NCBI GenBank assembly: GCA_051294905.1
Contig: CM119379.1
Location: 24,366,001 to 24,430,000, forward strand
Source: Botryllus schlosseri
Lineage: Eukaryota
Reading direction: 5' to 3'
DNA length: 64,000 nucleotides
Position 1 is the stretch's first letter, and every line of letters starts with the position of its first letter. Shown one piece after another: positions 61,801-64,000 of the stretch. Made by a program: the position numbers and the translations under genes. Under the pieces are notes generated by a model that did not search any database, was not told where the DNA came from, and saw only the letters and a list, made by a program, of their open reading frames with translations.

Positions 61801-64000
61801 AGTCAATAAATAAAATATTCAATGCTATTGAATTGAGATAAATCTGAATATTTTCGGCTGTCACTCGTCAGGGGTAATCATCGGTAACTATAGTAGAAAA
61901 TTGGAAAGAACATTGTATATTCTGTTGATACTATATTGATATACATTGTCCTTACAATTCTCGGGTTTATTTCAAGATGCAAATATTATTCAATTGTATA
62001 TTGAAGTTCTGAACCTCCAAGAAGCTCTTAACAATAAATGCTGCACGTTCATGCATGCCGCATTTTGGAACATATATGTGCTCTAACGGCTGTAATTTGT
62101 AACCATATAAGCTGTATTCGAATTGCTAATATCAATGATCATAAAATCATTTCACATGGCACTGGGTGTCGTGTTAGTGCCTTTGCCTAAGTGATTACTG
62201 GTCACGCAATATTGTGAAATCTTTGCAAAACTCATTCTGGAATATGAGAATGCAGCTGCACTAACCAACATGCGTCCGTGATGGCATAGGATGTTGTCCG
62301 TCGCATAATATGTACGGCGTGAGGTCGTTGTCCGCATGGTCATTTGTCAGAACATCGCTGTTTTTTACAAATTCCTGTTAGGAAATTTTACAAATTCCTG
62401 TTAGGAAACCGTATGTTGTGAGAAATCGCGTAGTTTTTCAAAATAGAACGATTATAGTCACCTTTAAAATGTTGATAACGGTGTTAAACGCCTTGGAGTA
62501 GCGTATAATTTCATGAGAAAGTTTTGCGTCGGCCGGTACAGATGGGATTTCTTTTCGTATTTGTGAAAATGTGAGTAAGACATCTTTATCACGCGCAATC
62601 CGCTCCTGCATGTTGTTAATTCATTGAAAGCGGACATGACAAATTTGATATTATGTCATACCTGTAGCAATTCCAGCAGCCCCGGGAGTTGGGCATATTG
62701 CATCACTGGCTCAACTACATTCAAAAGGACTTTGTTGTCGAATAGTCTTTCCTGAAATATTAGCAATGTTTTACTGACCTACTCGCAAACGTTCAAGGAA
62801 TTTATGCTGACTTCAAAGCGATATACAAGTGCCACATGTTTAATGCCACTTCAAACTATGATAACGTTGAGTGGAAATTCATGCTTCAACATAATCTTAT
62901 AACTACAATTTCAAGTAGTCGGGGTCTTGACACATATATGCATATTGTGTACTCCTGGCCTCATATAAATATTTCGGCTATTTAAAGATATGAAGAGGAA
63001 TCTTTCCAGCGCATCGAGGCGCACTTTATGGAACGGAATCAAATACTATGTGCCCGTCAGCTGTCAGAATTATATGAAAAAATTGAATTAATTTCTTATA
63101 GATAATATAGGCGACAGCTTAACAGTATGGATAAAATGTAGCACTGACATTTATTTTCACATGTTTCAGCAAAATGAAAAGACAACAACAGGGTTATTAT
63201 TGTGTTTCTTTCAAGTTTTTCTCACTGTCATTATATTAAAATATAATTGTAGCCTGAATTCGTTTGTAGTTCGTATTCAGAGGGTTATATTGATATCGTG
63301 ATATTTTAAATATTAAAAAAAAAATATTCGAACATAATATACTGGTTTTGAAGTTCGCGGGTATTTATAGTAGATATCGTTGCTGTGGAATCAAATTAGC
63401 TTATTTCTGTTTTTCGAATTTTGAGATCAACCTTTCAAATTCTTAAAAATATCACGTTTTTGTAAAAAAATTCATTTTAAGTCTTATCTTGAGTTCTTCA
63501 CCATGGTTATGTCTGTCACATTGTTTCGAACTTAATCATGGCAGAAAGAAAATGAAAACTTTACGAAAACTTAATTACATCAAAATGTGTAAAATGGACA
63601 TAAGTTACCCTGATTCCACAGCGACGATATATACTTTTATACATACTCATGAAAGGGTTATACGTGAGTGCAAGGCCACATGCCTAATCTATGCACATAG
63701 AGGCATGATCAAACGATGAGCCACAATTAAATAAATTAATACCGACCTGAATGTCAGTCGATGTGAGTCCGATGACTCGTTGATGATTGTATTCATTAGT
63801 AGCCGGGTTTCCGTGTGCCGAGCGAGGCCGCGTCTTCGGCGTAGGCGCCTTGGCTTCGGTCTCTCCGTGTTTGGCATGATTCGACAATTTGGTCAGCGCA
63901 TATTTGGAGTTCACCACCATCCTTTCCAGCTCGACTTGAAGGGCTTCTGGAAGGCTCAAGAGTTTTTTGATTATCCGTTCTTCGCTCGACGGTGTTATCT
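46804..64000 (-). CDS. Mieap (SPATA18)-domain coiled-coil protein, 5' end outside window
   Basis: Minus-strand exons >64000-63747, 62751-62662, 62605-62462, 62374-62266, 58719-58539, 58478-58253, 48619-48455, 47100-46804 join in frame with GT-AG. Coiled coil SEIERLKKDLKRAHQTIDKVRRREKDL; YSEGRVQALD...KLLFSVIVLSFRS; C-terminal AECVRLAWVLSVQTP...HERFH...LWPSLL...KGIVVT typical of invertebrate Mieap-domain proteins. Confidence 0.85.
47582..48289. mobile_element. Buster/Charlie-type hAT MITE (outer)
   Basis: Termini cagtggttttcca / ttgggaaccactg; perfect TSD cgctagct. Confidence 0.88.
47708..48195. mobile_element. Buster/Charlie-type hAT MITE (inner, nested)
   Basis: TIR cagtggttcctaacc / ggttgggaaccactg; perfect TSD atttatag. 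Confidence 0.9.
48899..49321. mobile_element. MITE family C (TTTAAAAC arrays)
   Basis: 18-bp TIR tagggttgcatttaaaac / gttttaaatgcaacccta; partial relatives start near 21557 and 23396; TSD imperfect (gtgataac / ta-gtgataag). Confidence 0.8.
50010..50435 (-). CDS. Truncated hAT transposase N-terminus (TTF zinc finger), copy 2
   Basis: Same 141-aa ORF as 42916-43341, with one amino-acid difference (NHLNKKQ vs NHLHKKQ). Confidence 0.8.
   Translation of the reverse strand: MNRVESLLRTPFSQLPLEQKLEVKRLGPYQPRNCPLVQSYAGGKRTRAFSSAHFDKNEWLTYSEDKNALFCFYCLLFDSAGTGSSGSCWNKIGYRDLKHLSERVKAHQKSQVHMASAVKYKLFGRVNVMSQLNDNHLHKKQ
52762..54476 (-). mobile_element. hAT MITE family E, nested
   Basis: Termini cagcaccgtaac / gttacggccctg; perfect TSD acgctggg. 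Confidence 0.9.
53538..54053. mobile_element. MITE family B, innermost nested copy
   Basis: Termini cagggctgggca / tgccaagcccta; perfect TSD atcatgaa. Confidence 0.92.
57044..57559. mobile_element. MITE family B
   Basis: TIR tagggctgggca / tgcccagcccta; perfect TSD gtcgccag. Confidence 0.93.
59976..60491. mobile_element. MITE family B
   Basis: TIR tagggctgggca / tgcccagcccta; perfect TSD ctaattag. Confidence 0.93.
62363..62408. repeat. Perfect 23-bp tandem duplication spanning a splice acceptor
   Basis: ttttacaaattcctgttaggaaa x2 (62363-62385, 62386-62408). Confidence 0.95.

Overview
Eukaryotic, gene-dense animal genomic DNA. It looks like a compact invertebrate deuterostome such as an ascidian (inference from 48-65 nt minimal introns, intronless housekeeping genes and dense hAT MITEs). 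Seven protein-coding genes were reconstructed by hand from splice sites and recalled homology: WDR44 (+, 5' incomplete), NTMT1 (+), intronless USP48 (+), a fatty acyl-CoA reductase (-), clathrin light chain (+), intronless mitochondrial ACP NDUFAB1 (+) and a Mieap/SPATA18-domain gene (-, 5' incomplete). Long introns and intergenic DNA hold more than 20 hAT-type non-autonomous elements, most with readable 8-bp target-site duplications (TSDs). These include two near-identical inverted 2163-bp elements carrying an intact TTF-zinc-finger mini-ORF, and a four-level transposon nest. The least explained signal is a 51-bp module (50/51 identical, with a PSE-like core) at 12888 and 36454. Each copy is followed by an unrelated, strongly foldable non-coding segment and then a housekeeping gene start, making these candidate undescribed snRNA-promoter-type ncRNA genes. 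Also notable: a clathrin light chain cassette exon resembling the vertebrate neuron-specific insert, and a 23-bp duplication creating a frameshifting decoy splice acceptor in the Mieap-like gene. All homology calls are from memory; no database searches or folding programs were run.
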